Made by a program: the position numbers and the translations under genes. DNA of 46,185 nucleotides from a virus (taxonomy: Duplodnaviria; Caudoviricetes): positions 1 to 46,185 of IMG/VR virus record IMGVR_UViG_3300012844_000024. One strand, given 5' to 3'. The notes under the pieces were generated by a model. It had not been told where the DNA came from. It did not search any database and worked only from the letters and a program-made list of their open reading frames with translations. Every line of letters starts with the position of its first letter. Positions within the stretch are counted from its first letter, which is position 1. This document shows, one piece after another, positions 23,931 to 33,758 of the stretch.

Positions 23931-25418
23931 ATGAAGCCCGAGCACATGAAACTGCTCCGGGATAGGCTCTGGCGGCTGAACAACCTGTATTTCATCACGG
24001 ATAAGCAGGGCAAGAAGGTCCGCTTCCGCATGACGCAGGAGCAGATCGATTACTTCCAGGGGATGCACACCCGCAACATCATCCTCAAGGCCCGTCAGTT
24101 GGGGTTCACGACTCTGGTCTGCATCGTCCAGCTCGATGCCGCGCTGTTCGAGGCTGCCAAGTGCGCCCTAATCGCCCACACCCTGAACGATGCCAAGCGG
24201 CTGTTCCGGGAGAAGATCAAGTACGCCTACGATCACCTGCCCAAGGAGATCAGGGCAGCAAACCCGGCGCGCAACGATGCGGCTGGGGAACTGGTGTTCA
24301 GCAAGGGCGGGTCGCTGTACGTGTCCACCTCCTTCCGGGGCGGCACGCTGCGCTACCTGCACGTCTCCGAGTTCGGGAAGATCTGCGCCAAGTTTCCTCA
24401 CAAAGCCCGAGAGATCGTCACCGGCGCCTTTGAGGCTGTCGCCGCAGAGTGCTTCGTTACGATCGAGTCGACGGCGGAGGGGCGGGCGGGCTACTTCTTC
24501 GATTACTCGCAGAGCGCTGAGAAGCAGCAGCTGGCCGGCGTGCCTCTGGGCCTGCTGGACTGGAAGTTCTTCTTCTTCAGCTGGTGGCGCAACCCGTTGT
24601 ACTGGCTGGACCCTACCGACGTCACGATCCCTGATCGCCTGACCAAGTATTTCGACGAGCTGGGCGCCAAGCACGGCATCGTCACCAATCCAGGCCAGCG
24701 CGCCTGGTACAGCGCCAAGGAAAAGACCCTCGGCGACGACATGAAGCGCGAGTACCCGTCGATTCCTGCCGAGGCATTCCAGCAGACGATCGAGGGCGCC
24801 TACTACGCCAAGCAGTTCACCAAGCTTTACGCCGCCCAGCGCATTGGCAAGCTGCCCGACAACAGCCACCTGCCGGTGCACACGTTCTGGGACATCGGTG
24901 TGGGCGACTCCACTGCGATCTGGTTCGTCCGGATCGTCGGTGAAGAATTCCACGTCATCGACTTCTACCAGAACAGCGGCGAAGGCCTGCGGCACTACAT
25001 GAAGGTGCTGAAGGATCGCGGATACACCTACGGCGAGCACTGGGGCCCCCACGACATCGACAACCGGGAATTTGGTAGCGACGGCAAGACTCGGCGTGAA
25101 ATCGCGCGAGAGGGCTACGAGATCGACGGACAGCGCTACTCACTCACCTTCCAGGTGGTGCCAAAGCTGAGCATCGACGAAGGCATCGAGCAGGCTCGGG
25201 AGATCCTGCCCCGCTGCGCCTTCGATGAGGCCAAGTGCGAGGAGGGCATCACCGCCCTGGAGAGCTACCGCAAGGAATGGGACGACAAGCGCGGCTGCTG
25301 GAAAGACAAGCCGCTCCATGACTGGTCATCCCACCCGTCCGACGCCTTCCGCTACTTCGCCGTAGCCAAAACCAAGCGCTCCAGGGTTGAGCACATACCC
25401 GTCACGTTCACATTCTGA
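23931..25418 (+). CDS. terL: Terminase large subunit
   Basis: ILKARQLGFTT, LHVSE, ESTAEG, WDIG, SHPSDAFRY. Confidence 0.95.
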   Translation: MKPEHMKLLRDRLWRLNNLYFITDKQGKKVRFRMTQEQIDYFQGMHTRNIILKARQLGFTTLVCIVQLDAALFEAAKCALIAHTLNDAKRLFREKIKYAYDHLPKEIRAANPARNDAAGELVFSKGGSLYVSTSFRGGTLRYLHVSEFGKICAKFPHKAREIVTGAFEAVAAECFVTIESTAEGRAGYFFDYSQSAEKQQLAGVPLGLLDWKFFFFSWWRNPLYWLDPTDVTIPDRLTKYFDELGAKHGIVTNPGQRAWYSAKEKTLGDDMKREYPSIPAEAFQQTIEGAYYAKQFTKLYAAQRIGKLPDNSHLPVHTFWDIGVGDSTAIWFVRIVGEEFHVIDFYQNSGEGLRHYMKVLKDRGYTYGEHWGPHDIDNREFGSDGKTRREIAREGYEIDGQRYSLTFQVVPKLSIDEGIEQAREILPRCAFDEAKCEEGITALESYRKEWDDKRGCWKDKPLHDWSSHPSDAFRYFAVAKTKRSRVEHIPVTFTF

Positions 25419-25425
25419 GGCCACC

Positions 25426-26868
25426 ATGCCGAATTACAGCGCTACCCGGCAGGAGTACAACGACGCTCTGCCGAGCTGGCGCCTGGTCAAGCGATGCGTG
25501 GCCGGCGCCCGAGAGGTGCGAAAGCACGACGAATACCTGCCAATGCCGGATCCGACGAACCAGTCGGCCGAAAACCTCGAGCGGTACCGCCAGCTGAAAA
25601 AGCGGGCCATGTTCCTCAACGTGACCGGGCGCACGCGCACCGGCCTGCTGGGCGCCGTGTTCCGCAAAACGGCTGAGGTGCAGTTACCAGCTGGCGTGCA
25701 GTACCTGCTGGAGAACGCCAGCGGCGACGGCACCAGCCTCGAGCAACTGTCCAAGGAGGCTGTAGGCGAGTGCCTGGACACTGGTCGCGGCGGGTTCCTG
25801 ACCGATTATCCCAAGCTTGAAGGCGAGAGCGGCCGGCCACGAACAGCTGCAGAGTCAGCTGGCAATCAGGCCTGGGTGCACCATTACCCGGCCGAGAGCA
25901 TCGTCAACTGGCGTGAGGATGTGGTTCAGGGGCGCAAGCGGCTAACCCTGGTTGTGCTGCGTGAGCTGATCAACAAGCCCAGCGAAGATGGCTTCACCTT
26001 CGACCCGGTGGAGCAGTACCGGGCACTCTTTCTCGAAGGTGGCGTCTACAAGCAGCGCGTCTACAGCGAGGACGCACAGGAAGGCGAGGAGAGCATTCCC
26101 GCCGACCAGGCGGGCCAGGTCTTTGACCACATCCCGTTCCACTTCTACGGCGCCGAGAACAATGACGCTGCGGTGGACAAGGGGCCGCTGGAAGACATCG
26201 CCGACGTCAACATCCTGCATTACGGCAACAGCGCCACGGTGGAGGAGGCAGGCTTCATCAGCTCGCAGCCGACGCTGTTCATGACCACCAGCATCACGCC
26301 GGAGGACTTCGCCAAGTTCAACCCGAACGGCGTGCACATCGGCTCTCGACGCGGGATCAACCTGGGCGCCCAAGGCAGCGCCACCATGCTGCAGGCCAAG
26401 GAAACCCAGCTCGCTCTGGAGCTGATGCGCGACAAGCAGGACCAGATGCTGATGATCGGCGCCCGCATCGTCCAGAAGGGCGGCGGTGCCGAGACGGCAG
26501 AGGCCGTGCGCATCCGCTACAGCTCGGACAACAGCGTGCTGGGCACCATCGCCGGCAACGTATCCGAGGCGCTGAAACTGGCCATCCTCGACGCCGAGCG
26601 CTTCATGATTGGCCAACCTGACTTGACCGGGACGGTGTTCTGGCTCAATCAGGAGTTCTTCGACGAGGCCATGGATGCCCAGATGATCCTGGCCCAGGTC
26701 CAGCTTTGGCAGCAGGGCATCATCGCCAAGCGCGACCTACGCACCAACCTGCGCCAGGCCGGCACCATCGAGTCGGACCGCACGGACGACGATATCGACG
26801 ACGACATCGAGGCCCAGCCGCCGGTAGCGACCAGCGATCCCGTGACCGGTGGCGAAGATGAGCAGTGA
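25426..26868 (+). CDS. Portal protein (DUF4055-like)
   Basis: Size and position; YLPMP..RAMFLNVTGRT..HIPFHF. Confidence 0.9.
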   Translation: MPNYSATRQEYNDALPSWRLVKRCVAGAREVRKHDEYLPMPDPTNQSAENLERYRQLKKRAMFLNVTGRTRTGLLGAVFRKTAEVQLPAGVQYLLENASGDGTSLEQLSKEAVGECLDTGRGGFLTDYPKLEGESGRPRTAAESAGNQAWVHHYPAESIVNWREDVVQGRKRLTLVVLRELINKPSEDGFTFDPVEQYRALFLEGGVYKQRVYSEDAQEGEESIPADQAGQVFDHIPFHFYGAENNDAAVDKGPLEDIADVNILHYGNSATVEEAGFISSQPTLFMTTSITPEDFAKFNPNGVHIGSRRGINLGAQGSATMLQAKETQLALELMRDKQDQMLMIGARIVQKGGGAETAEAVRIRYSSDNSVLGTIAGNVSEALKLAILDAERFMIGQPDLTGTVFWLNQEFFDEAMDAQMILAQVQLWQQGIIAKRDLRTNLRQAGTIESDRTDDDIDDDIEAQPPVATSDPVTGGEDEQ

Positions 26869-27901
26869 AGGCTATCTGGCTGACGCGGCGACCCGCCACC
26901 AGGTCTACGTCCAACGGTACGCGGCCGGCAACCTGAAGCGGGTGGCCAAGTTCATCACCAAGGCCATCAACACGGCAAAGACTGCCGTTCGCGGCGGCCT
27001 GAGCGCCTACGGAACACGCCGTTACACCAGCGAGATTGAAGTCTTGCAGCGCGACCTGCAGGGCATCTACAGCGACCTCAAGGGCCAGGCAATGCTGGAT
27101 CTCGGCGAGTTTGCCGGGTACGAATCGGCGTTCAGCGCGCGCATGCTTGGTCAAGTGGTCACCGCAGTGGTCCAGACACAGGTTCCGGCCGCCGACCTTG
27201 TCGCAGCTGCTGCGCTGGCTGAGCCAATGCAGCTTGAGGCCCGGGCTGGGCTGCAGCGAATCAGCATTGCCGGTGCTCTTGACCAGTTCGGTACTGCCAA
27301 GTCGGCACAGATCGTGGGTGAAATCCAGATCGGTTCCGCCCTTGGCGAGACCAGCCAGCAGATCTCCCGGCGCCTGACCAGCATGCACCAGCTGCAGCAG
27401 GACCAGGCATCAGCGCTGGTGCGCACCATGACCAACCACATTGCTAGCACGGCTCGGGCCGAGACGTTCAAGGCCAACGAAGACATCCTGGCCGGGAAGC
27501 GACGCATCGCCACGCTGGACGGGCGCACATCGCCGTTCTGCCGGTCGATCGATAACACGGTGGTGCCATTCAGCGCACCGTCGCCGCCTTTCCACTGGAA
27601 CTGCCGGACCTCCGAGATACCGGTGCTCAAACCCGAATTTGAGCGTGAGATACCGGGCTCGGTCAGGCCGGCAGTGGGGCCGGATGGCGCTGAGCAGGTG
27701 TCGAGCAAGACGACATACCAGCAGTGGCTCGCCCGCCAGCCTGTCGCGTTCCAGATCGATGTCCTTGGGCCGGCCCGCTACAAGCTGTTCAGTAAGGGCG
27801 AGCTGACCCTGGACAAGTTCGTGGACCAGAACGGCAAGCAGATCACGCTGGACGAGCTTAGACAGCTTGAACCGCGCGCCTTCGAGCGCGCAGGACTTTG
27901 A
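26858..27901 (+). CDS. Minor head protein (SPP1 gp7 / Mu F family)
   Basis: LVRT..ATLDGRTSPFCRSID..PPFHWNCRT. Confidence 0.9.
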   Translation: MSSEGYLADAATRHQVYVQRYAAGNLKRVAKFITKAINTAKTAVRGGLSAYGTRRYTSEIEVLQRDLQGIYSDLKGQAMLDLGEFAGYESAFSARMLGQVVTAVVQTQVPAADLVAAAALAEPMQLEARAGLQRISIAGALDQFGTAKSAQIVGEIQIGSALGETSQQISRRLTSMHQLQQDQASALVRTMTNHIASTARAETFKANEDILAGKRRIATLDGRTSPFCRSIDNTVVPFSAPSPPFHWNCRTSEIPVLKPEFEREIPGSVRPAVGPDGAEQVSSKTTYQQWLARQPVAFQIDVLGPARYKLFSKGELTLDKFVDQNGKQITLDELRQLEPRAFERAGL

Positions 27902-27903
27902 AC

Positions 27904-27927
27904 AGCCGGCCATGAGCCGGTTTTTTT
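27904..27927 (+). terminator. Intrinsic terminator
   Basis: AGCCGGC/GCCGGTT plus T-tract. Confidence 0.75.
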
Positions 27928-27969
27928 ACGCCCGCGGCTGAGCCAACGGCAAATCATCCGGGGGATGAC

Positions 27970-28665
27970 ATGAAATACCTGATCGACAAAGCAGCATTCG
28001 ACGCACTCGAGCCAGCCCTGCAGGCCCTCTACAAGGCCCAGGGCGAAAACTACGTACTGGCGGTTGAGGGATTGCCTCAGTCCGAGGACGTGGAAGGCCT
28101 GAAGCGCCAGAACCAGACCCTGCTGGACGAAGCGAAGGAAGCCAAGCGCAAAGCGCGCGAAGCCCAGGATCAGCTGACCCAGAAGGAACTGGACGCAGCC
28201 AAGGCCCGGGGCGACTACGAGTCGCTCTACACCAGCAGCGAGCAGGCCTTGGCCGCCGAGCGCCAGAAGCTCGCAGATCTCCAGGCGGGCATCGAGAAGC
28301 GCGACCTGTCCGGGGCAGCTTCCAAGGTCGCGGCGCTGATCGCTGACGGCCCGAACGCCGAGATCCTGGCCGAGTTCCTCGAGCGCCGGCTGCGCATTGT
28401 CGATGGCCAGGTACGTGTCACCGATGCCAGCGGGAACCTGACGGTATCCACGCTGGAGGATCTCGGGAAAGAGTTTCAGAAAGAGCCGCGCTATGCCTCC
28501 CTGGTGCGCGGCTCCCAAGCCAACGGCGGCGGGGCTGCTGGTGGCAAAGGTGGCGGGGCCGCCAAAACCCTCAACGACATGAGCGAGCCAGAGCGCATTG
28601 CTCTGCAGCGCGATAACCCATCCGAGTTCCAGCGACTGCTGGACCAGGCAAAACGTAAGGAGTAA
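27970..28665 (+). CDS. Capsid scaffolding protein
   Basis: Coiled-coil with Gly-rich C-terminus; precedes capsid. Confidence 0.85.
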   Translation: MKYLIDKAAFDALEPALQALYKAQGENYVLAVEGLPQSEDVEGLKRQNQTLLDEAKEAKRKAREAQDQLTQKELDAAKARGDYESLYTSSEQALAAERQKLADLQAGIEKRDLSGAASKVAALIADGPNAEILAEFLERRLRIVDGQVRVTDASGNLTVSTLEDLGKEFQKEPRYASLVRGSQANGGGAAGGKGGGAAKTLNDMSEPERIALQRDNPSEFQRLLDQAKRKE

Positions 28666-28671
28666 GGCCCC

Positions 28672-29724
28672 ATGCCTATCACCACCATTGGTGACATCGT
28701 TACCGGCAACATCCCGGTACTCACCTCGTACCTCACCCAGGACCCGGTGGAGAAGACCGCCTTCTTCACCTCGGGCATCCTGACCCCGACCCCGTACGCC
28801 TCCCAGATCGCCAACGGCCCGTCGAACATCGCCAACATCCCGTTCTGGAAGGCAATCGACGCATCGATCGAGCCGAACTACTCGAACGACGTGTACGCCG
28901 ACGTTGCCGAACCGCGCGCGATCAACACGGGCGACATGCTTGCCCGGGTTGCGTACCTCAACGAAGGCTTCGGCCAAGCTGACCTGACCGTCGAGCTCAC
29001 CAGCCAGAATCCGCTGCAGTCCGTGGCGTCCCGCCTCGATAACTTCTGGCAGCGCCAGGCCCAGCGCCGCCTGCTGGCGACCTCGCTGGGCATGTACAAC
29101 GACAACATCGCAGCAACCGATGCCTACCACACCCAGAACGACATGGTTATCGACGTGTCGGCAGCCGGTGGCTTCGATGCCGGCGCCTTCATCGACGCCA
29201 CCCAGACCATGGGTGATGCGCTGATGGGGCCAACTGGCCAGGTGCTGGGCGTCATGGCCATGCACAGCTTCGTGTACGGCGACATGCGCAAGAAGCAGCT
29301 GATCGACTTCATCCGTGACGCCGACAACAATACCCAGATTGCCACCTACCAGGGCTATCAGCTGGTGATCGACGACCAGATGACCGTGATCGGCACCGGC
29401 AACGCCCGCAAGTTCATCAACGTGATCTTCGGTCGCGGCGCCATCGGCTACGGCGAGGGAAGCCCACAGCACCCGGTCGAGTACGAGCGCCAGGCGGCCC
29501 GCGGCAATGGTGGCGGTGTCGAGGTGTTGTGGTCCCGCAAAACCTGGCTGCTGCACCCGCTGGGCTACAGCTTCCTGAGTGCCACCATCACCGGCAACGG
29601 CACCGAAACCACCCCGCGCTCCGCGTCGTGGTCAGATCTGGCCTTGGCCACCAACTGGAACCGAGTGGTCGAGCGCAAGCACGTGCCAGTCGCCTTCCTG
29701 GTCACCGGCGTACCTGCCGCCTAA
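28672..29724 (+). CDS. Major capsid protein
   Basis: 350 aa after scaffold; ANIPFW..YER..GNGGG..LHPLG..NWNRV. Confidence 0.92.
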   Translation: MPITTIGDIVTGNIPVLTSYLTQDPVEKTAFFTSGILTPTPYASQIANGPSNIANIPFWKAIDASIEPNYSNDVYADVAEPRAINTGDMLARVAYLNEGFGQADLTVELTSQNPLQSVASRLDNFWQRQAQRRLLATSLGMYNDNIAATDAYHTQNDMVIDVSAAGGFDAGAFIDATQTMGDALMGPTGQVLGVMAMHSFVYGDMRKKQLIDFIRDADNNTQIATYQGYQLVIDDQMTVIGTGNARKFINVIFGRGAIGYGEGSPQHPVEYERQAARGNGGGVEVLWSRKTWLLHPLGYSFLSATITGNGTETTPRSASWSDLALATNWNRVVERKHVPVAFLVTGVPAA

Positions 29725-29766
29725 TCCACCCGGGGCGGTTCGCCGCCCCAATCAGGAGATGAACGC

Positions 29767-29937
29767 ATGGCTACCCCGAAAACTGGCAAGGGCCTGCCCC
29801 GATCCATGAAGAATGCAAAGCCCGCAGCGTCGACCGTGCAGGTTGCCGCAGATGCAACCAACGGCGTCACTGCTGGCGACCTTCAAGCCACCATCAGCGC
29901 GCTGGCCGCGCGGATCAAAGCACTGGAGAGCGCGTGA
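29767..29937 (+). CDS. Putative head decoration/fibre peptide (56 aa)
   Basis: Hand translation MATPKTGKGLPRS...LAARIKALESA; AGGAG RBS. Confidence 0.6.
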   Translation: MATPKTGKGLPRSMKNAKPAASTVQVAADATNGVTAGDLQATISALAARIKALESA

Positions 29938-30347
29938 TGAGCGACAACAATGTGAAGAAAACCCGTTTCGATGGCCTTGAAGTCGGCAGCGATGGCCAGG
30001 TGAAGCTCAAGTCTGCCGATGTGCCCGATTCGGAACTGCTTCCGGCAGATCCCCAGTCAGGTGGTGAGCACTTCAACGGCGGCGGCGAGCTGCAAGCACA
30101 GTTCCTGCGGCTCAAGGACGAAAACACAGGTCTGGCTGCCGAGAATCAGCAACTGAAGGCCCGCGTATCCGAGCTTGAATCGGCCGAAAGCGATCGCCTC
30201 GCGGCTGAGAAGGAAGAGCAAGACCGGCTGGCTGCCGAGAAGGAAGTCGAAGAGCTGAAGGCCAAGCTCGACGCCGCCGGCGTCACCTACCGCGCCAACG
30301 CCTCGAAAGAGTCGCTGCAGAAGCTGGTAGACGACCTGCCCAAGTAA
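29937..30347 (+). CDS. Coiled-coil protein with C-terminal HeH/LEM-like motif
   Basis: ELKAKLDAAGVTYRANASKESLQKL. Confidence 0.7.
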   Translation: MSDNNVKKTRFDGLEVGSDGQVKLKSADVPDSELLPADPQSGGEHFNGGGELQAQFLRLKDENTGLAAENQQLKARVSELESAESDRLAAEKEEQDRLAAEKEVEELKAKLDAAGVTYRANASKESLQKLVDDLPK

Positions 30348-30386
30348 CACCGGGGCTTCGGCCCCATTCATCTCAGCGGAGGCCTG

Positions 30387-30779
30387 ATGGCTACCTACAT
30401 TACCGTCGATGACGTCGACGCCATCCTGGGTCCAACCTGGGCGCCCGACGACAAGAAGGCCATGGCGGTAGCGCAGGCCAACGCATACCTCACCTCGCTG
30501 CGGCTGTGCGGCATCAACATGGATGCCGTGCCGGAGGAGGTGAAGCAGGCTGGGTCTCAGCTGGCCCTGGTTGCGTCCACCGGCCAGTTGTACCAGCAGC
30601 AGACCGAGGGCTCGCTCGAGGCCAAGAGCGTCAAGGCAGGCTCAGTGTCGACCAGCCGCACGTATGCCACGCTCGACCGGAGCAGCACGGGGGCGCAGCC
30701 AGAGGGTGTGCAGTTCGCCCTGGCCCTGGTCTCGCCCTGGCGCTGCAACCCGTTCACCTTCGCAGTTGATCGGGGTTAG
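30387..30779 (+). CDS. Head-tail adaptor
   Basis: YITVDDVD..VPEEVKQA..SVKAGSVSTS; position. Confidence 0.75.
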   Translation: MATYITVDDVDAILGPTWAPDDKKAMAVAQANAYLTSLRLCGINMDAVPEEVKQAGSQLALVASTGQLYQQQTEGSLEAKSVKAGSVSTSRTYATLDRSSTGAQPEGVQFALALVSPWRCNPFTFAVDRG

Positions 30780-30781
30780 CC

Positions 30782-31162
30782 ATGGGCTTGCGTGATGACG
30801 TTCAGATCGACCTGGCTGCGGCCTTTGACGATGACCTTGCCGATGCCGTGTTCCCATTCGCCGGCTCCTACATGGGCCCAGGGGTATGGGATCCAGTGAA
30901 CGAGACCACCACTGCCCAGCCTGTGACCTACAGCGGGCGCGGCGTCTTCGATAACTACGACAGCCGTCGGATCGACAACATCAACATTCTGGTGGGTGAC
31001 GTACTGCTGATCTGCCTGGCCAACGAAGTCACCGATAAGCCGGCGGTCGGCCACGAGATCACCGCCGACGACCTAATCACGGGTGAGCCTGTGAAATACC
31101 GCATCGTCAGTCCCGGCATCGACCCTGCCAAGGCCCACTACGAGATCCAACTGAGGAGGTGA
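30782..31162 (+). CDS. Head closure / head-tail joining protein
   Basis: Position; WDP...YEIQLRR. Confidence 0.72.
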   Translation: MGLRDDVQIDLAAAFDDDLADAVFPFAGSYMGPGVWDPVNETTTAQPVTYSGRGVFDNYDSRRIDNINILVGDVLLICLANEVTDKPAVGHEITADDLITGEPVKYRIVSPGIDPAKAHYEIQLRR

Positions 31163-31164
31163 CC

Positions 31165-31551
31165 ATGTCCAGAAGGGGCTGGAGCACACCGCCCAGCCTG
31201 TTCGCTGGCGTGGTGGAGGAGCAACTGAGCCAGCGCGTTCGAGTCATCGCAATCGCGCTCCTCAACGAAATCGTTCTGCGCTCGCCGGTTGACACCGGGC
31301 GTTTCCGTGGCAACAACATCGTCAGCGTCGGCGCGCCGGTTTACACCAGCACCGTCAACGTCGACCCAACGGGCGCAGAAACCCTCCAGGCGGGTGTGCG
31401 GGCAGTCACCGGCCTGGAGCCATACACGCAGGTCTTCATCCAGAACAATCTGCCGTATGCAGGCCCGCTTGAGGATGGCCATTCCCAGCAGGCCCCGGCC
31501 GGCATCTACGCGGTGTCGTTCAACGGCGTTGCCGAGGCCTACAGGACATGA
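31165..31551 (+). CDS. HK97 gp10-like tail completion protein
   Basis: SPVDTGRFRGN..NNLPYA..LEDGHS.QAPAG. Confidence 0.85.
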   Translation: MSRRGWSTPPSLFAGVVEEQLSQRVRVIAIALLNEIVLRSPVDTGRFRGNNIVSVGAPVYTSTVNVDPTGAETLQAGVRAVTGLEPYTQVFIQNNLPYAGPLEDGHSQQAPAGIYAVSFNGVAEAYRT

Positions 31552-31955
31552 CCTTCGAACAGATCAGGGCCATCGTCACTGGCCGCATGACGCAGTGGGC
31601 GGGCATTCCCGCAGACGCTGTCGATTACCCGAACAATCCGCAAGGGCCTTTCAACCCGGCTGGCAAGTCCATATGGGCACGACTGGCAGACGTACCAGGC
31701 CCGGCCAGCGCTCCAGAGACCGGCATCGGCCCGTGCGTGCGCCGCACCGGCATCATCATGGTTCAGCTGTTCGTGCCCAGCTACAAGGGCACCCTGGCCA
31801 TCACCAAGGCCGCCGACACGCTGGTGCAGCACTTTGAGTTCTACAGCGACCCGACCGGGCCATTCGACTGCTACGCGGCATCTGCTGCGACGATTGGCGA
31901 TGACGGCCATGGCTGGTACCAGGTCAACGTTTCAATACCCTATCGCGCCTACTGA
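31548..31955 (+). CDS. Tail terminator protein
   Basis: YPN..WARL..GIIMVQLFVP..WYQVNVSIPY. Confidence 0.8.
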   Translation: MTFEQIRAIVTGRMTQWAGIPADAVDYPNNPQGPFNPAGKSIWARLADVPGPASAPETGIGPCVRRTGIIMVQLFVPSYKGTLAITKAADTLVQHFEFYSDPTGPFDCYAASAATIGDDGHGWYQVNVSIPYRAY

Positions 31956-31964
31956 GAGGCAAGC

Positions 31965-32081
31965 ATGTCCAAGACAACCGTGGAGCTGCACCGCAGCTTG
32001 ATCCGCGCGGCTAAGGCTGCGCTTGCCGCCTGGGAGCGCTGGCTTTCAGCGAAGGAGGGCGGCGATGCAAGTCCGAATTGA
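31965..32081 (+). CDS. 38-aa accessory peptide
   Basis: Hand translation MSKTTVELHRSLIRAAKAALAAWERWL...; GAGG RBS. Confidence 0.55.
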   Translation: MSKTTVELHRSLIRAAKAALAAWERWLSAKEGGDASPN

Positions 32082-32244
32082 CGGGAAGGTCGTCGAGCGA
32101 TCCAGCTACTTAGTCCGCGACGATGAGCGCGGGCCTTTCGGTAGCGCCACGCGCGAAGAGCCTGACTTGCTCGATGGCGAGCAGGTTGTGTGGGCGCTGG
32201 GCGATCCAATTCCAACCATCATCAGGGTGCGCAGCCATGAGTGA
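32065..32244 (+). CDS. Hypothetical 59-aa protein
   Basis: MQVRIDGKVV...; AAGGAGG RBS. Confidence 0.6.
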   Translation: MQVRIDGKVVERSSYLVRDDERGPFGSATREEPDLLDGEQVVWALGDPIPTIIRVRSHE

Positions 32245-32437
32245 GAGCATGACCATTGAGTCGGTGCGCGAAGAGCGCCGCATGCTGGCCGAGCAGATAC
32301 TTGGCGCGATCAAGTCTTTCAGCGAAAAGACCGGTCTTGACGTCGAGTACGTAAATCTCAACTACCTGGACCACAAGCCCTTGATTGGGGCAAGCCACCA
32401 GTTCTTGGCATCGGTCGAGATAGAACTGAACATCTGA
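32237..32437 (+). CDS. Hypothetical 66-aa protein
   Basis: MSESMTIESV...VEIELNI. Confidence 0.6.
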   Translation: MSESMTIESVREERRMLAEQILGAIKSFSEKTGLDVEYVNLNYLDHKPLIGASHQFLASVEIELNI

Positions 32438-32531
32438 ACAACCTGAACCACCGGGCACGCTGACCAGACACGCCGAAAGGCCCCTCTGGTCGCCACGCCT
32501 CCCCGGATCACTACGATCTAAGGAGGCACCG

Positions 32532-33701
32532 ATGAGTTCGGGCGCTAAGGTCCAGCTGGCCTGGATCAAAGAAGCAACACCCGGCGTAACGCCGGCAGGC
32601 AACTGGAACGTGCTGACGCGAATCAGCAACGGCCTGATGCCGACCTTCAACTCGGAAGAGAACAACGAGATCGGCTTCACCCGCATGTCGCAGGGCACTG
32701 CCCAGACTACCGTGGACGTGGGCGGCGACATCGAGACGAAGTGGCGCTACGGCGCACTGGATGAGTTCATGGCCTCCTGCTTCGGCAAGGCCTGGGCGGC
32801 CAACGTCCTGACCATGGGCGACGACCGCATCACGTTCTCGATCGCCTCGTACGCGACCGACATCGGTGTGTCGGCCATTGCCCGCGGCGTGCAAGTCGCC
32901 ACCATGAACTTCGACTTCCCGGGCGACAACGAGGTTACGGTCACCACGACCATGGCCGCGCGCGCCTGGGATGACAAGGGCGACAACACGTCGTTCATCG
33001 TCAACGCCCAGTCTGAAGCCAGCCAGCGCCGATTCAGCTTCAAGGACATCAGCGGCCTGAAGATCAACGGCGTCCAGGTGGGAGAAGACAACGCCTGCGT
33101 CGACAGCTTCAACCTGCAGTTCGACAACGCGGTCCAGACCCAGCGCTGTATCGGCAACGGCAACCCGTACCCGGGCAACATCATTGCCACCACCTTCACC
33201 CCGTCCGGATCGATCACCATCAGCTGGTCGAAGATGGCCTACGAGCTGTGGAAGGCCCAGAAGGGTAACGACGCCATCAGCTTGGAATTCACCATCGGCA
33301 ACGCCGACGGCGGCTACAAGTTCCTGATACCTGAGATGGAAGTCACCGCAGACTGGCCTGATGGCGGATCGACCGACATCATCCAGGTGGAACTGAACTA
33401 CACCGCCCGCCGCGTGGCTCCGACCATCACCCGCCTGCCCGCGCCGATCGTTGTGGCGGCGGTGGATGTCACTCCGGCCACCCTGAGCTTGGCAGTTGGC
33501 GCTACGGGCGACCTCGAGGTCGTGGTCACCCCGGCCGGTGCCAGCCAGCAGGTCACCTGGACCAGTTCCGCCCCGGCGATCGCCAGCGTGAGCGAGACCG
33601 GCCTGGTCAAAGGCCTGACCGTCGGCACGGCCACTATTACGGCAACCAGCGCTGCAGACGGCACCAAGACCGACACCTGCGCAGTCACCGTCACCGCTTA
33701 A
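32532..33701 (+). CDS. Major tail tube protein with C-terminal Ig-like (Big_2) domain
   Basis: MSSGAKV...; C-terminal VTPATLSL..VTWTSS..IASVSETGLV..GTATITAT. Confidence 0.92.
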   Translation: MSSGAKVQLAWIKEATPGVTPAGNWNVLTRISNGLMPTFNSEENNEIGFTRMSQGTAQTTVDVGGDIETKWRYGALDEFMASCFGKAWAANVLTMGDDRITFSIASYATDIGVSAIARGVQVATMNFDFPGDNEVTVTTTMAARAWDDKGDNTSFIVNAQSEASQRRFSFKDISGLKINGVQVGEDNACVDSFNLQFDNAVQTQRCIGNGNPYPGNIIATTFTPSGSITISWSKMAYELWKAQKGNDAISLEFTIGNADGGYKFLIPEMEVTADWPDGGSTDIIQVELNYTARRVAPTITRLPAPIVVAAVDVTPATLSLAVGATGDLEVVVTPAGASQQVTWTSSAPAIASVSETGLVKGLTVGTATITATSAADGTKTDTCAVTVTA

Positions 33702-33758
33702 CCCTTTGCCCGGCGCGCCCTGCGGTGTGCGTCGGGCCTTTTACCGCAGAGGAATACC

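Noticed and set aside
27778-29556. 592-aa minus-strand ORF
   Set aside because: Antisense shadow of the scaffold and capsid genes
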